A DNA stretch of 64,000 bases from Trichoplax sp. H2. Lineage: Eukaryota. The notes beneath the pieces are model-generated. The model searched no databases. It was not told the DNA's origin and worked only from the letters and a program-made list of their open reading frames with translations. Shown one piece after another: positions 1-14,200 of the stretch; position 1 is the stretch's first letter; the number at the start of each line of letters is the position of its first letter. The stretch is taken from contig NOWV01000010.1 of NCBI GenBank assembly GCA_003344405.1, positions 806,001-870,000 of the forward strand. The letters are read 5' to 3'. The position numbers and the translations under genes are program-made.

Positions 1-3000
1 GTGACATCTGCAGCGTGAGTGGAATTGTGAAATGGATTTCTTCGATGGTATGATTCTTCGATAAGTTCTAGGATGAGAATAAATACGATTAATTGAAATT
101 GCGCCAATAAAAAGTTCTCGTATAGAATGATAAAAATTTTAAATCACACTTTAAGTAGCCAATTGAACGTAGAATATATAATACCATGTAACATCTAATA
201 TAAATGATTCGATAACGTGCGATTAATTATTGTGTCATATAATACTTACTACATAATCGCATCAATTTAAGAACGTCCAAATCAAGCGTAGCAATTAAGT
301 TATGTTTTTGAAATAGATGCATGGCAAGATTAAATAGCGGATGACCTATTTTAAAAATATTACATTGAGGTATAAAGAGAAAGTTAATTGATATGTACGA
401 TGTTGTAAAGAATAAGTAATTACAAATTATAAAGTAAGTTAGATGAGTACGTAAGATTTAATATTAATACATAATTGTCTACAATTCTTAATATGGCTGT
501 GTAAAGATTTTACTATGTGAGACAGCATAGCCTACCTCATAGCCCTAAATTATAGACAATGATTTTATTAGAAAGGATCGTGTAAAATAATCCCTTATGC
601 AACCCTCATTAGTACATGATAAGAAGAAAATACTCATCGATCGGTTATGTATGCACTAGCTTATCAGAAACTAATTTGCCTACAGTAGGTTTCAACCCAT
701 TAGGTCTATATTTACTATACGGTATATGGTTGCTATCAAGTGTTTCCTAAATAACTGAATCAATGTTATTAAGCCTCCCTATGGGTATAAATATCGATGT
801 AGCGATTAGCTTATACTAATTCACTAAATGGAAAGACTCATTATACCAAGGACCTCAAATATCCAATGAATTATCAAAGATCTCATACCGTACAAGAAAG
901 TCCGAAATTATCAATAAATTATAAACACAGGCATTTCTATATTGCCATATTGTATAAATAACTTTGTTCATGTATGTATATGTACACTTTTAATACTACA
1001 ATTTAATCTCTACCACTAATAATGTTACGGGGTATAATTAACCATGAGATGGTCTAGCAACTAATGAAAGGATATCAATCATTGCACTAATTTGAACTCT
1101 TTCTGAAGTTAATAAAACTAACGCAATACTACAAGAGTATCATAATGTTAAAATATTGGCTAATTATCATAATTACAATCATCAAACAAAAACTAAAGCA
1201 CTGCTTAATGCGTCAACCAAAGATCGAATAATTGAAACAACAAGACTACATTATGAAATAATCACTAAATCATACCTCAGTATATCAAAAGCTATTATGC
1301 CCTAAGGTATATGGGCATAAATTTAAAGTATACGAGTCAGTAAAGCCTATACTATCAAATATTAACGTTATCCGTACAGAACAAAGCCTAAATAGCGAAA
1401 TATCGCATAAAGAGAAAAAGTTTAAATCCATAACTATGAAAAATATTTAAGTTTATGTATATAGGTCTCTAGTATCAAGTCACACTAGTCTATGATAAAA
1501 TAAAAGAAAAATTTTACTGTTTTATTTATTGTTTACAGAAATACTTCTGATCTATTATCAATCGATATAGATATATATATATATATATCATGAAATTTAC
1601 TAGCTATTTATATATTTATAGAGATAATATGTAAAAATGCGTAGAGTACCAGTTTTAGCCTAAGTATATCGTTAAGAAATGAGAAAATTTTGCAGGGTGT
1701 GTGTACCTTGCACAGATGTGAATTAGAATTATAGTAATTTAGAAAACCTTCATTCTTTTACGGTAAACTAAATAAGGAAACGAATTGGTAATATTACCCT
1801 GATTTAGAATAGCATATTTCTTACCTCTTGTTACTAAATCCAGTTTTATTGTATCAAATTCCCATTCGTCGGCATTATCTAATAACATCTGTGAAATATC
1901 AACAATCAGTTTCTATATTGGTGGATATATGAATGTAACATATAAATAGATTATATCATACAAGAATCAATATGTGCCATAATTTAAAGCTAAATCATTA
2001 ACCAAGAAATTATTACCCGAGGACTAAAATCTACAATAACGGGGATAAATATAGGCTCTTTGCCACTGGCCTGAATTGTATAGTATACAGTCGAGCAGAT
2101 CTATATTTTTCCCATTATTTGTATTGTATTGGTAAATGCATTTAACTTGTAACTGACTACAGTATAGTATTATTAGCTTTGTAAATACTTTATACGTTTC
2201 TATTACAATTATATATTTAATAAAGTATAGTATTAATTAATTTTGGCTTGAATTACTATGAATAACAATTTATCGTAACTAATATTGGATTATTAGCAAT
2301 ATTTTCGTTTACATGCCTGATTATAAGCTTACAAGATATTATCACAGTACTATACTATCATTTAGGATGGAATGATAAGATCCCAAGTGACTCTTCGATT
2401 CACCGTTTAACATTGTACATTGTGCACTTATAGGGGATCCGGTAAAGTTTGAGGAGCTACAATGCATTACCGCGATAAACATTCTTTGCAAGGTACAAAA
2501 CAACGAAAATTTTTGTTATAATTTCTATGTGCCGCACAGACAATGTAGTTTACACAGCGGTAAAAAACAACACCAAATATATACTATACGGAGCTGAAGT
2601 AGTTCAAGATGCATATCTCGAGATCTGTGCTAACTACTAAAGCCCCTTTTAAATAGTACAGTCTCTTAAAATATGTACAAGTACAGTATTGTATGGCATC
2701 ATACCGTTGAAATGTATATTGTCTATTGCAATAACGATTATACACTATATAAGGCCAAAGGGAACTTCAAAGGATTAATATAATAGATAAAACGCCAAAA
2801 TGTATACAGTACGTCATAAACAATGACTCGATTAATGATCAGGATGATACGCACACATCTCTATTACAATATACGCGTATATTGTAAATTTAATTAATTT
2901 ATATGCATGCTCGAAGTTACGTGCTTGAGGAGGGAATATTAAAAAAAATAATGTAAATTTAAAAAAAATAAATACCTATAGAATTCAATACAGTATCAAC

Positions 3001-6000
3001 TGCTGATTATCTGAAATTGATAACCCGGTAGCGATCATTATAACTGATAAGGTAGAATTGAAATTGGGTTATGTTAAGTTAATTATGATGCTTCGTCTCC
3101 GACGGCGAGAGGAATCTGCGATTATTAAAATCCTTCTTGAATCTGATTTATGCAACTACCGTATAAGGCAATATTGTCTTGCTATACAAAGCATAATAAT
3201 TTTTTTTGCATATCAACAGTTTTACAGTTTACGTACGTATTTAGCGAAAATCAATGATGCAATATATCAAGCTTTAACAGTAACTATTTAGATCAAGTTA
3301 AATTTATAACCTTACACTCCAACTACCACATTGTGATACAAATGTATATATAATACAATATAAATAATAATCGTATGTTATCCTTTAAAAACATGTAGTT
3401 CATTAATCCATTAAGATCCTGTAGAACCGGATCAATACTAGAACCTTTACGTCATACTGTACATTAACACGAAGTTTCAGGAGTGCAAAGTTATAAAATA
3501 TTTTCTTCCCTTACAACTCTACTCAACGATCTGGTCTATAGCATATCTCGTATGATAGCTATCACTATCGGATGTTAAATTGATTATATCTCGTGGTCAA
3601 TACGTTACGATGTTATGCTTACAAGTTATAAGTGTATAACAACGATCTATAGTTGCTAGTTGTCGATAGAGCAATTATACATTGATACGCGTTTACTATT
3701 GTTTCAAGACTTACTTGCCAATATGTTAGCTATTTATACATTTTAGTAAGCACAATACTGTAGCAACGATTCATAAATATTGTATATAAACGTATTAATT
3801 CACTTAATGACAACACCTGCAAAATGGTCAATTGCAAGAATGAAGTAACGCAATTTAGTCTGCTGCCTGAAGCTATAAAGTACCCTGAAGCATCAAATAT
3901 GAGCTAATTGAATATAAAACTAAACACTGTTAGGATGAGAACATAGTGTCATGATCAACACTATTATTCAATATACTGTACAGTATATATAAAATTCTTG
4001 TGATACGTTTGTGGCTTACAAAGTAATGAAATTGCATGTATTGTTAATACGCTTACTAATCGACTGGTATTCATAAATTACATAAGTACATTTTATGGAT
4101 GTAATGGTATGTAAAAATGCAGCAATTTATACGGCATCGAAAATTATCGTATCGTCTAATGATTTAAAGCAAAATAAAAGAATTAAAGTTTGATTATGCA
4201 TTATTAAAAGCTCAAAGATAGCAATCGATTTTAACGATCAATATAATCTCAAATTAAAATTTCTTCATTTAAAATGATTCAGTCGTTGCAATGACTCACT
4301 AAGGATATGAGAAAATCAGGCAGTATAAAATATGTTCCATGCAAGTAATGACAGGAATCCGCCTATTTATTTTGTAGTATACTTAATTAAAGTTAACAAG
4401 AGTGCTATAAAGACTGCCCGATCAAGATAAAAGTATGCACTGTTATGAACCGCGCCAACAACTATTTTAGCTTCTTGTGTAATCGCTGTCAATGAAAAGT
4501 AGTAATGCCAGCAATATGGCTTTTACGTATGAGACTTTAAAAGCATCGATTAACTTTTTACCGGAAATTGATGAGGAAATAGGTCCTATTAGCTGGATAT
4601 TTCGTTAATGTAGTAAGAATGTCAAGGAGATGAAAGTAGAATTCTATTTGGAAAGTGTCAATTGGTGTACGTAGGTATACCAAGGTAGACATGCTAAATC
4701 ACTTGCGAAAAGATGGTATCTTGCACTGCCAATGAAAGAATGATACAACGTACCATCGCTGCTAGATGATATTACTAGGTAAACTATTGAGTCCCGATTA
4801 GCGTAAAATCACATACATTTAAAATATACCGTACTTCTATGCTCCATTTTCCATTTTTATCTCTCTACTTGTCAGACAAATAAAAAATAATTTTTCACCC
4901 GATGATGATAATAATATTATTAATTAAACAATACGCGTTCAGACGTAACATAGTAACAAGACGCAATATTTATAAAATGTCCACATCTACTGTGCTATAT
5001 ACGGGTGAACAGTACTGTTGTATATGCCTTGTGCTCCATATCAAAACGGCGAAACTAGTCAGTCTGTTGGATCATCATGTAAAGCTATAAGTAGAAGTGA
5101 GTGGTGGGTGATTCAATCTGATACCGTAAAATAGTTATGAAGTACTTTATTGATGGTTATTGACAATGCTTCACTAATATCATTGTCTAACTTTGGTCTA
5201 TGGCAGCACTAAAGAGGATGTTACCGACATCAATGTGAACTGTGCACGTATAATCCGATTTCCAATAAATACAATTTTTAGAAAAACAAGACTTTGGTGT
5301 ATTGCTTAAGTTGAAGTGTACTAGATTGCAATTAGCGTCTTGTTGGTGGACAACAACTAGGCATTATTGTAAGAGCAGGGATAAAATGTTGAAATTATTT
5401 TCAATTTAATTTGACCCATAATAGAAATACTGTAAGCATAGTCATTGAATAGGATGCAATGGTAAGCATATCGTATTTACAGCTAATAGCATGAGAATAG
5501 AATACAGTAACAAAAAACTTATTTACCTGCGTTAGGCCAGGATATTCGGTGTCCAAGACCAGCGTCGGTAAATGAGTGTGCTTGGATGCATTGAAATAGC
5601 TTTTGTTATCACTAAATTTTGTACCAATACTTGATCGTCGTAACAACATGCAATTTCTATAACGCCGCCTTGCAGTACAATTGTCTACGGTAGTTTCGTT
5701 GATTGTAGTTGAAGTATCTAAACGACAAGAGACAATAATGTATAGAAATGTTAACAAATAGACACTGAAAGCAAATTCAAAAAAATAGTAGTATATTACT
5801 AACATAAATTGTTCTAGCGTAACACTATCACCCGATCAACCTAATTTAAATCGCAATTGACGAGCATATTGGTGTATCATGAGTAAACAAACTGGTTTTC
5901 ATTGATCAAATTTATCATTTTAATTACGGCATGATCAAAAAATAAACTAACGCTAGTGTGTGGTATATTTTAGGACTACATGCAATTTCCCATCGAGTAA

Positions 6001-9000
6001 TAACGCACCATAGTATAGTACAGTCTCCATAGTGGCCTATTACTCTCATCAAAGTAGTGATGAGGAAAAGATGACAAAAAAAAAAAAATTACGTCAAAGT
6101 TGCCTTTGTTCCAATCAACAGATACGGCCTATAGGCAGACTGAAATTTGGATCCGATTATCCCTAAAGTGCCTATGACTATTTGTAATAAGGAAATGTCT
6201 AGATTGAAGAAACGTATAGGCAACAGCCTAACTTTACTCTATCTCTAGATACTGTATCATTGAAAACAACAAAGAAAATTATTTTGGTAAAGAAATTCCA
6301 AATTGTGCGATATTCTCATGGCCTCCCTCTCCCAAAATTGCCAGTGCTTGCTTGCAAATACGTTTCAATGACAAACGATCGCTGATTCTAGCGACAGTTG
6401 AAGTATTTTTTTATTGCATCTTGCACAGGGCAATGCCGTATCGTATGCAGTAGCATTGCAATTCATCTTGCATCTATTTACTTACTGTACATTAAAGTGT
6501 CTAGTATGACAGTGCTTTTGCCCTTATTTCTGGATCAATGACAACACATGTAAAAATGGATCTACAATCGTGAGTTATCTTATCTGTGTGAAGAGTGATG
6601 ATTCATAAACTACCTTGTCGTGTAGAGTATTTACTTTTATATTGACAGATTTTATTTTGAAGTGGTTTAGCTTTTTTCTTTTATTCGACAGTATTGGTAG
6701 AACTGTATATAGACCTCGTTGGATGATAGCGTTTATTAGCCGACAAGCGGCATATTTCAATAGCCATCTACTGCCATACTTTACTGCTGTACAAGGTTGT
6801 AGTAGTCTGATAACTGTAGAGTAGACAAGTGATATCAAATACAAGAGTCCATGTTGACTTTTTGTCTATCCTGCTACACACACACACACACACACGCATT
6901 GAATAAGTCTGACAATATTTTTTTACCGTTTTCGTTGATCAATGTTGATGAAGGCAATTGCGGCAATCTAGCCATACTACCAAGTCGATTTGCTTTACGT
7001 GACTTGTCCAAATTTCTTCGTATTCCAATGTCACCTGTACAATATCATGGTGTTCAAGCAAAAGAAAAAACTTTAGCAAACACTCATCGCTGCGGTTTCA
7101 ACGTTTCAACGGTAACTGATGGCCAATGATATTACTGGATGGCATTATATACGGCTAACGACTGCTTCACTTTGGACACGTACCGTGAGTCCAGTACAGT
7201 CGTGTACAGTGTATAGTCGTGTACAGTGTATAGTACTGTACAGTCGTGTACTGTACTGTACAGTGTCCAGTACAGTGTACAGTACAGTACAGTCGTGTAC
7301 AGTGTACAGTACAGTCCTGTACAGGGTGGGACGGACGTGTGACAGACAAAATACCAATTACAGCTTCTGTATGGCAGTACTGTACTCAGTAAGCTTTTGT
7401 CACCAGATACTGGAGATTATCGTATGATGTCAGTGTACACTCACTGCTGACAGAGTTCGCATGCACTGGACAGTACCGTGCCAGACGAGTATCAACAGTT
7501 TCCAAGGAAATCAACACGATTTCAACCGCACTTGCTTGAATATTATTCTACATTGAACGCTTAACTTAAATCTTTCATCATTTCGTTCGGAAATCAATCA
7601 ATGAAAAATTCGACAATGTTATTTAAGGACTGCAAAATGGATATTCCATTGATCAAACTGGACACTGTTATTTAAGGACTGCAAAATGGATATTCCATTC
7701 ATCAAATTGGACACTGTTATTTAAGGACTGCAAAATGGATATTCCATTCATCAAATTGGACACTGTTATTTAAGGACTGCAAAATGGATATTCCATTCAT
7801 CAAATTNNNNNNNNNNNNNNNNNNNNTGTGACAGACAAAATACCAATTACAGCTTCTGTATGGCAGTACTGTACTCAGTAAGCTTTTGTCACCAGATACT
7901 GGAGATTATCGTATGATGTCAGTGTACGCTCACTGCTGACAGAGTTCGCATGCACTGGACAGTACCGTGCCAGACGAGTGTCAACAGTTTCCAAGGAAAT
8001 CAACACGATTTCAACCGCACTTGCTTGAATATTATTCTACATTGAACGCTTAACTTAAATCTTTCATCATTTCGTTCGGAAATCAATCAATGAAAAATTC
8101 GACACTGTTATTTAAGGACTGCAAAATGGATATTCCATTCATCAAATTCGACACTGTTATTTAAGGACTGCAAAATGGATATTCCATTCATCAAATTCGA
8201 CACTGTTATTTAAGGACTGCAAATGAATATTCCACTGATCAAATTGGACACTGTTATTTAAGGACTGCAAATGGATATTCCATTGATCGAATTCGCACAT
8301 ACAGTACTGTACTGTACAGCTAGACCAAACTAAACTCTGCAGACAGCAAGTTGCAATCTCTAATGCCAGCTATCCTACAGTCAACCAAATCAGCTTTAGT
8401 AGCAAATTCATTTTGTTGATTCATTACAAGCCAAAGGGAAATATCGACCAATCAATTCATATTATACGTTTGTTACCTACGTTCTACCTTATGCCTACAG
8501 ACTATACTCTAAAGTGCATCTTAACACGTGCCAATCTACCTCTAGGATTTACGATGCTGCATAAATACATTATACACTCCAAGCTGAAGCGTATTTCCGA
8601 TATGATTTAGAGTTAGTTAACCCACGGTTTTAATCGTAAAGTAATTGAAACTTACCAAGCATTCGAACGTATTGCGCATCAATATCGTTTCGATCGTAGG
8701 AGATACCACCTCGTCTCTATCATTAAATTCAATACAAAAAAAATGAATTGTGGCAACAATATAGTTAGCAGAATACTAATCTTACATAAAACACAATAGA
8801 GATCAACTACTCAATTTTATCTTCTCCTAGTCGATTTAAGAATATCGGCAATTTTAAATTTGGGTTTAAAATCTTTACGGCGCTATGTTATGATTTACTG
8901 CTGTATTCATATGTATAATGTGGCATTGACTCTACTCTGCTGCGGTGTTGCGCATTACCCTTCGATAGATTTACCGAGAAGCTTTAAATAATATACGCTA

Positions 9001-11293
9001 AATGTAATTCTGTGATGAATGTACAATTTTCATCCTGGCTGACCTAGGAGTAAATCCAACACAATCTAGAATACAGTACTCAACTTTCCAACAATACCGT
9101 ATATCACACGATATCATTCACTTTGCCGTGTATCAAACCCCTTCAATATAAATATACTAATTTTATTAATAGACCTATGTTCGCGTATGCATGTAATTAA
9201 CATAACACCAACTACAAATCATCAACCATGAGGTATTTACTGCTATAAATTTTCTATTACCGTCATACAAATAGTCATGCTTGTAGTCACTAAAATGACA
9301 GACTTGATGTATTATACATCTTAAATTACGAATGTACAACTACAGTACCGTATGTAGCCAACGCTAAATACTATATATCAACACATATCATACGAGTACA
9401 TGAAGTACACTTGAGTGTTTTTACAGGAATCCTGGCTGCACTCCCACACCTACTAATAACGATAAATTTGACGTAGATTCATTTTTGATGTTCAGAGCTT
9501 GCTGTATCGATGTTTCAATGAACGATGTACATTACCGTAATATATCAACATGTATTGAATCAGTTTCAGCATGCAGCAATTACATTACTAATTTTGTACA
9601 ATAACACGGAAATATGGCTCATGTAATATTCAACGATGCCACTTAATATCTAGTTTAAAATACCAATGGCTAGGACTAAGGACTATAGATAGTCCACGCA
9701 TATACTCAATATTGGAGTATTGATAAAAGGCAAAAGCCTCAACATCCTTCAGTAAAAACGCAGGAATGACTATGGCAACATCGTGGCTAAGTAAATCATG
9801 AATATCATGAAATTCACACTGGTCGATACGATACAGTCTTGCTGGCTTTGTATTTCATAATGCTTGTTACATGAGAATTTTATGTGGCAAAACAGAAGCC
9901 CTTAGGATTGCCGAAAAAAATGTTGAAACTTGGACAGCAATGACCTCGGTATATTCTACATTTTACCGAAAAGTAGAAGTACCGTCTATATTCAAATTTA
10001 CTCTTCAGTCATTAATGTTACTTCTACATATTCAGCAGGTAAAGCTTTAGCAAGTCTGAATAGGATGGATTCTTCTGCTCATAGGTGATATACTGTCAGT
10101 TTTTACTTTATCAGAACTACAAGTGTACCTTCAATCTTTGATGAAAAGTACGCCAATAATGCCTGTACTAAAATTCGTGACAAAAGTTAAAATGAATTTG
10201 CGTATCGAATGTGAGGGCCATGAATATTATTCACGATGGTAAAAGTAACCAAGTCTGCAATATTTTATGCTAAACGTGGCGGAATTCAATTAGCATTTTA
10301 TTCGTTCAACACTACACCAGTGTAGGACATTGGTACTGTCCAGTTGCAATTGTCTACCGCTCTACCGGTAACCTCAGAAAAGAATTGAGCAGTTGCACAG
10401 TACTCTACTGTATTGTATTGTCCCGTTGTAGCCTATTTACACTAATATGGATCCTAAATTCATGATAGAACGTGCCATTACTTGTAAGTTTAGTTTGGCA
10501 TAATCGTCTGTGCGTATTCTTGCTCATTTATGAGTTCTAGTATTGAAATACTCAGTAACTTTGGTCAGTAAATAAACATACGTGCGTGGGTGAGTACACG
10601 CTTCAAAAGTTGACAATTTACAGTACGTCCAGTAGAGACCCTTTCAAGTCTCTAGTGTAGTCTAGCTTATTGTAGTGTAGTGCGCAGGAACAAAAACTTC
10701 CATAGTGTACAGTACAATATACTGTAGTGTAGTGAAAAGATTTGTACTGTACTGTACGTATATGAACACGTACCGTCGTCATTAATTGAATTACCTAGTA
10801 TCAAATGAGTACAGTATACGTACTACATACAGTACCTGAATGTATGATTTACAAGAACGCTATTGTACAGAAAATGCCAACGATGGAAATCATACTAATC
10901 ACATCGAATAAAATCACCTTCCATGTTAAATTATGACTCTACTATACACTTTCAATTAAAATAAAAAGAAGATTGTATTGACTGCCAAGACAAAAAAGAG
11001 CTTCTTCATCGTTATCATACAGTACAGTATACCCAAACCGAGAAGGCAATCAACACCGTATGAACTGTAAAGGCGCAGTAACGTGTGGTAGATGGAAGCG
11101 GATAGCACATCGCATTAAATAATTATTAATTTAAGTAACTTACTTCTAATCTTGGTAATCCTTCAAAGAGCGATGAACCTGAGCTAAAGCTGATTGCGCC
11201 ACGACGATGAGCTAATACATGCCTAGGTATAGTACGATCCAGTGGTAAATGCGGTAAACTAAAACGGTGCACTTGAACCGCACCGATGTCCAT
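1..11293 (-). CDS. PDE7: PDE7-family high-affinity cAMP-specific 3',5'-cyclic phosphodiesterase, 5' part (gene continues beyond position 1)
   Basis: Minus-strand exons with GT-AG sites and matching phases: 11144-11293 (MDIGAVQVHRFSLPHLPLDRTIPRHVLAHRRGAISFSSGSSLFEGLPRLE), 8656-8716 (RRGGISYDRNDIDAQYVRML), 6927-7034 (GDIGIRRNLDKSR...INEN), 5527-5717 (DTSTT...RRRYRNCMLLRRSS...LVLDTEYPGLTQ), 1825-1888 (MLLDNADEWEFDTIKLDLVTR), 250-345 (GHPLFNLAMHLFQKHNLIATLDLDVLKLMRLC), 1-67 (KLIEESYHRRNPFHNSTHAADV). The last exon has the PDEase metal-binding motif YH..NP[YF]HN..HAADV. The N-terminus matches human PDE7A1 as I recall it (LPVLPLDRPVPQHVLSRRGAISFSSSSALFG...[23 protein letters not shown]). Boundaries of the 6927-7034 and 5527-5717 exons are less certain. 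Confidence 0.93.
7190..7325. repeat. Low-complexity TACAG/TGTAC simple-sequence tract
   Basis: Near-continuous repetition of gtacagt/tacagtgt/cagtcgtgtac units inside a PDE7 intron. It generates three spurious ORFs in the ORF track. Confidence 0.85.
7612..8296. repeat. 49-bp minisatellite (GACACTGTTATTTAAGGACTGCAAAATGGATATTCCATTCATCAAATTG), about 4 copies on each side of the N gap
   Basis: Units start at 7612, 7661, 7710 and 7759 (cut by the gap), then at 8101, 8150, 8199 and 8247. Confidence 0.92.
7807..7826. other. Assembly gap (20 N) with duplicated flanks
   Basis: Run of N. Sequence 7338-7806 is repeated almost exactly from 7827 onward. Confidence 0.97.
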
Positions 11294-14200
11294 TCCAACT
11301 ACAGTCAATTTGAACCTGTAGTGTCGTTGGAAAAGATAAAACCAAATGAAAATAATTGTACTAACAGTAGATAGATTATGAACAAGTTCTACAGTCTACA
11401 AATCGAATTTTTTGCCATCCACTCGCTGAAGTTTCCAGTAGTGTACTATAGTACAGCACAATACGGTTACAGTATGCTCAGTTAATACTGTACACCAGTG
11501 CTACAATGACTGAACAGCCTTGGTCTGCACATACTGTACAACACAGTAGAGTACAGTCCCGACTACAATACATTGTACTGTAATGTACAGTGTACAATGT
11601 ACTGTACCCTCCACTCAGTACAGTAGTGCTACTCACTCAGTAGTCAGTACAGTCCTCTGTAAATATTTGTACAGAACTCTTTGACGCCAAATGGAGTAAA
11701 AAAAATAAAAGAAAAAGCTTCAGTACAGTACAGTATACAGTAGTCCAGTACAGTGTACAGTACAGGGACTTCACAGTATATACACTGTAAGGTTTTCTTT
11801 CAGTACTGTACTGTCAAAAGGAATAACTTTTAAAACTCGACATATAAAAGAATGACCTTGCCAGCATAACCATTCGATCACGAAGGTAGATTTACCTCCA
11901 AATCACGTTTTTGGACTGTAAAAAAAATAGTTTTAGAATCTCCAGGCTACAGAAAATACACCTAAATTTGAGTAGTCCCTTTTATTCTCCGGCTATCTTG
12001 ATTAGTGTGAGTGAGCTCCATCAGTTCTACTGAATGAAAATACGCCTAAAATACAGTACTATAACATATGGCGGAGTCGTCACAGTTCCACGTACTGCGC
12101 GTTATAATGCGAATTTTATAGAAGTATGCAAATTGTAGAATTTCATTCATTTTTTCCCGTCAAATAAAAATAGCTGCGGAGCGCACATACATACGTTCAT
12201 GCATTCGATAGCATAATAGATAAATTAAAAATTTCGAAAAAAACCAATTAATTAAAACAAAAGCGTAAATTGTGTTGTATCCAAGCCACATAAAGTTGTA
12301 TAGTAGATTAAAACTCATTTTTTTTTTTAACTAAATATTGTACATAATTCATATCATCCATATCATTTCTCAATTAATAGTTAATGCTATACAAAAGTAT
12401 ACTTTCAAGAAAAAGAAACTATTAAAATTTATAAAAGGAATTTCACTTATTATTTTACTGATCCCCTAATTATGGCAGCGCGCTCTACTAAGCTCTACTG
12501 TGTACTGACACTACTTTACAACGGTAAAACTCTAGCATGCTCAATTGCTCATGCTTTCAGCGCATTAATTGTTATGAAAATTTGGAGCACAAGTAGCCAA
12601 TCCCATACAATCGAATATCTACATACATATACAACATATATGCCTATGGATACTATTGGTGGGTTTGAGGGCTAACAAAAAATGATAGATAATCCGACAA
12701 AAGCTACACGTTTGTAGGATCGTAATCATTGAATGCTGACGACTTTTACTTTAGTGGACCTTGGTAGGCGGTCTAGAGCTCTGTAGAAAAATTACGGACC
12801 CAAGAAACATCATTGATATTTTATCTCCTATCTAACTAAAGTAATCGGCCCTAATATACACTACACCAATGATTAGCATTCAATGTTTTCAATGTCTTGT
12901 GGAACAAAATCTCATCAAGTTTTCTTGCACTCTATATATTAGCGAGTATTGAGTATGGATTGTATAGCCTAACCCTCGTATACCTAACATTAACACGCTT
13001 AAGCACGAGCTAATAGTAAAATATATTCTATAACTAGATAGTGTACACAGTCTTTCGCAATTGTAAAACTAACTTCAATTTATAGTATTACTAGTTGCAA
13101 TCTCCAACGCACGCCACAAATATCCCAGATGCAGTATATATGTATCTTACATAAACTATGAACACTCGTCGTACAAATTAATTATTTGGATGCAGTATGT
13201 CATACTGAGAACGGTATTAAGTACTTCATAAGTAGAGGAAAGTATCTTCAAGTCTGCAAAAATTTAATGTTTAATAGCCTAATTATCTTGCCAATTTCGT
13301 AATAGATGCTACAAAAATTATAAGGAGAACGCTCAGTTTATCAAATGCTACTGCGAGGTCTAAAAATATCGACGTTACATACCTGTGCACTGCGAAGTAT
13401 ATTTATCAAAAGTAGAAACATAGGCTTCTAGCCTCGTCTTCATGTAATCTAAATCAAGATTTAACGTGCACGTATATAGAAGATTAATATACAATATTCT
13501 GTGAATTTTGCATACGAGAGACCGCATACTAAAGGCCTTCTACAATACTGTATATTGCACGGAGCATGGACTACGATAGCAGAAGGAGAATCCCGAGGCC
13601 CATGTAGAACCCCATGCATCGAGATCTTCGGAGTACACCACACTTTCTAATATTATTTACCGGCCCAATGCAAACTATTACGATATTGTTAGTTTATTGA
13701 AAAATAGTCTACGTAGATCGATACTATAGTATGTCGTAGCCTGATTTCAAGTATAAAATTAGACTCTAAGAATTAAACGATAATAATTATAGTCATTATT
13801 TCAATTAATATTGTAACTATATCAAGAAATTAATGAGTACCATCTAGTTGAAAGTAAACGGAAGCCATGAAACAATTTCTCATTGTTTCCTCAAAACTAC
13901 TGGAATATTTTTTACTGTCAAGTGGAATTAATAAATTATCTACAGTTAATGCATTCTACTGGAGTTATCTGCGTGAAAACCAACGCGATTAGAAAATTAT
14001 AGCAAGTTAATTTACCTCATGGTAAGTACACCCAATGCTCTTTTGTTAAAGGAACGTCAAACAATATTTTATAGCCTATCTATAAATCTAAAATACCTTT
14101 GCAGCATTTCATTTTATTTATGCTACATACGCGTACAAAATCTGAGATAAATCCCTTGTATCCTAACAGGTTTTAGTGAATAACAAGGAAAATTAGATAA

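Noticed and set aside
2428-2652. Possible MITE bounded by TATAGGGG ... CCCCTTTTAA
   Set aside because: The terminal inverted match is only about 5 bp and there is no second copy in the window. It cannot be supported without a genome-wide search.
3061-3115. Exon-like minus-strand segment after aatcgcag reading SSRRRRRSII, and the overlapping plus-strand ORF 3058-3291
   Set aside because: All three frames reach a stop before a credible donor, and the PDE7 frame closes without it.
6614-6702. Possible extra PDE7 exon (VLPILSNKRKK...HDK)
   Set aside because: It ends in phase 0 while the next exon needs phase 1, and it has no resemblance to PDE7.
7119-7427. Three overlapping ORFs rich in Y/S/T/V/C
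   Set aside because: They are translations of the TACAG/TGTAC low-complexity tract.
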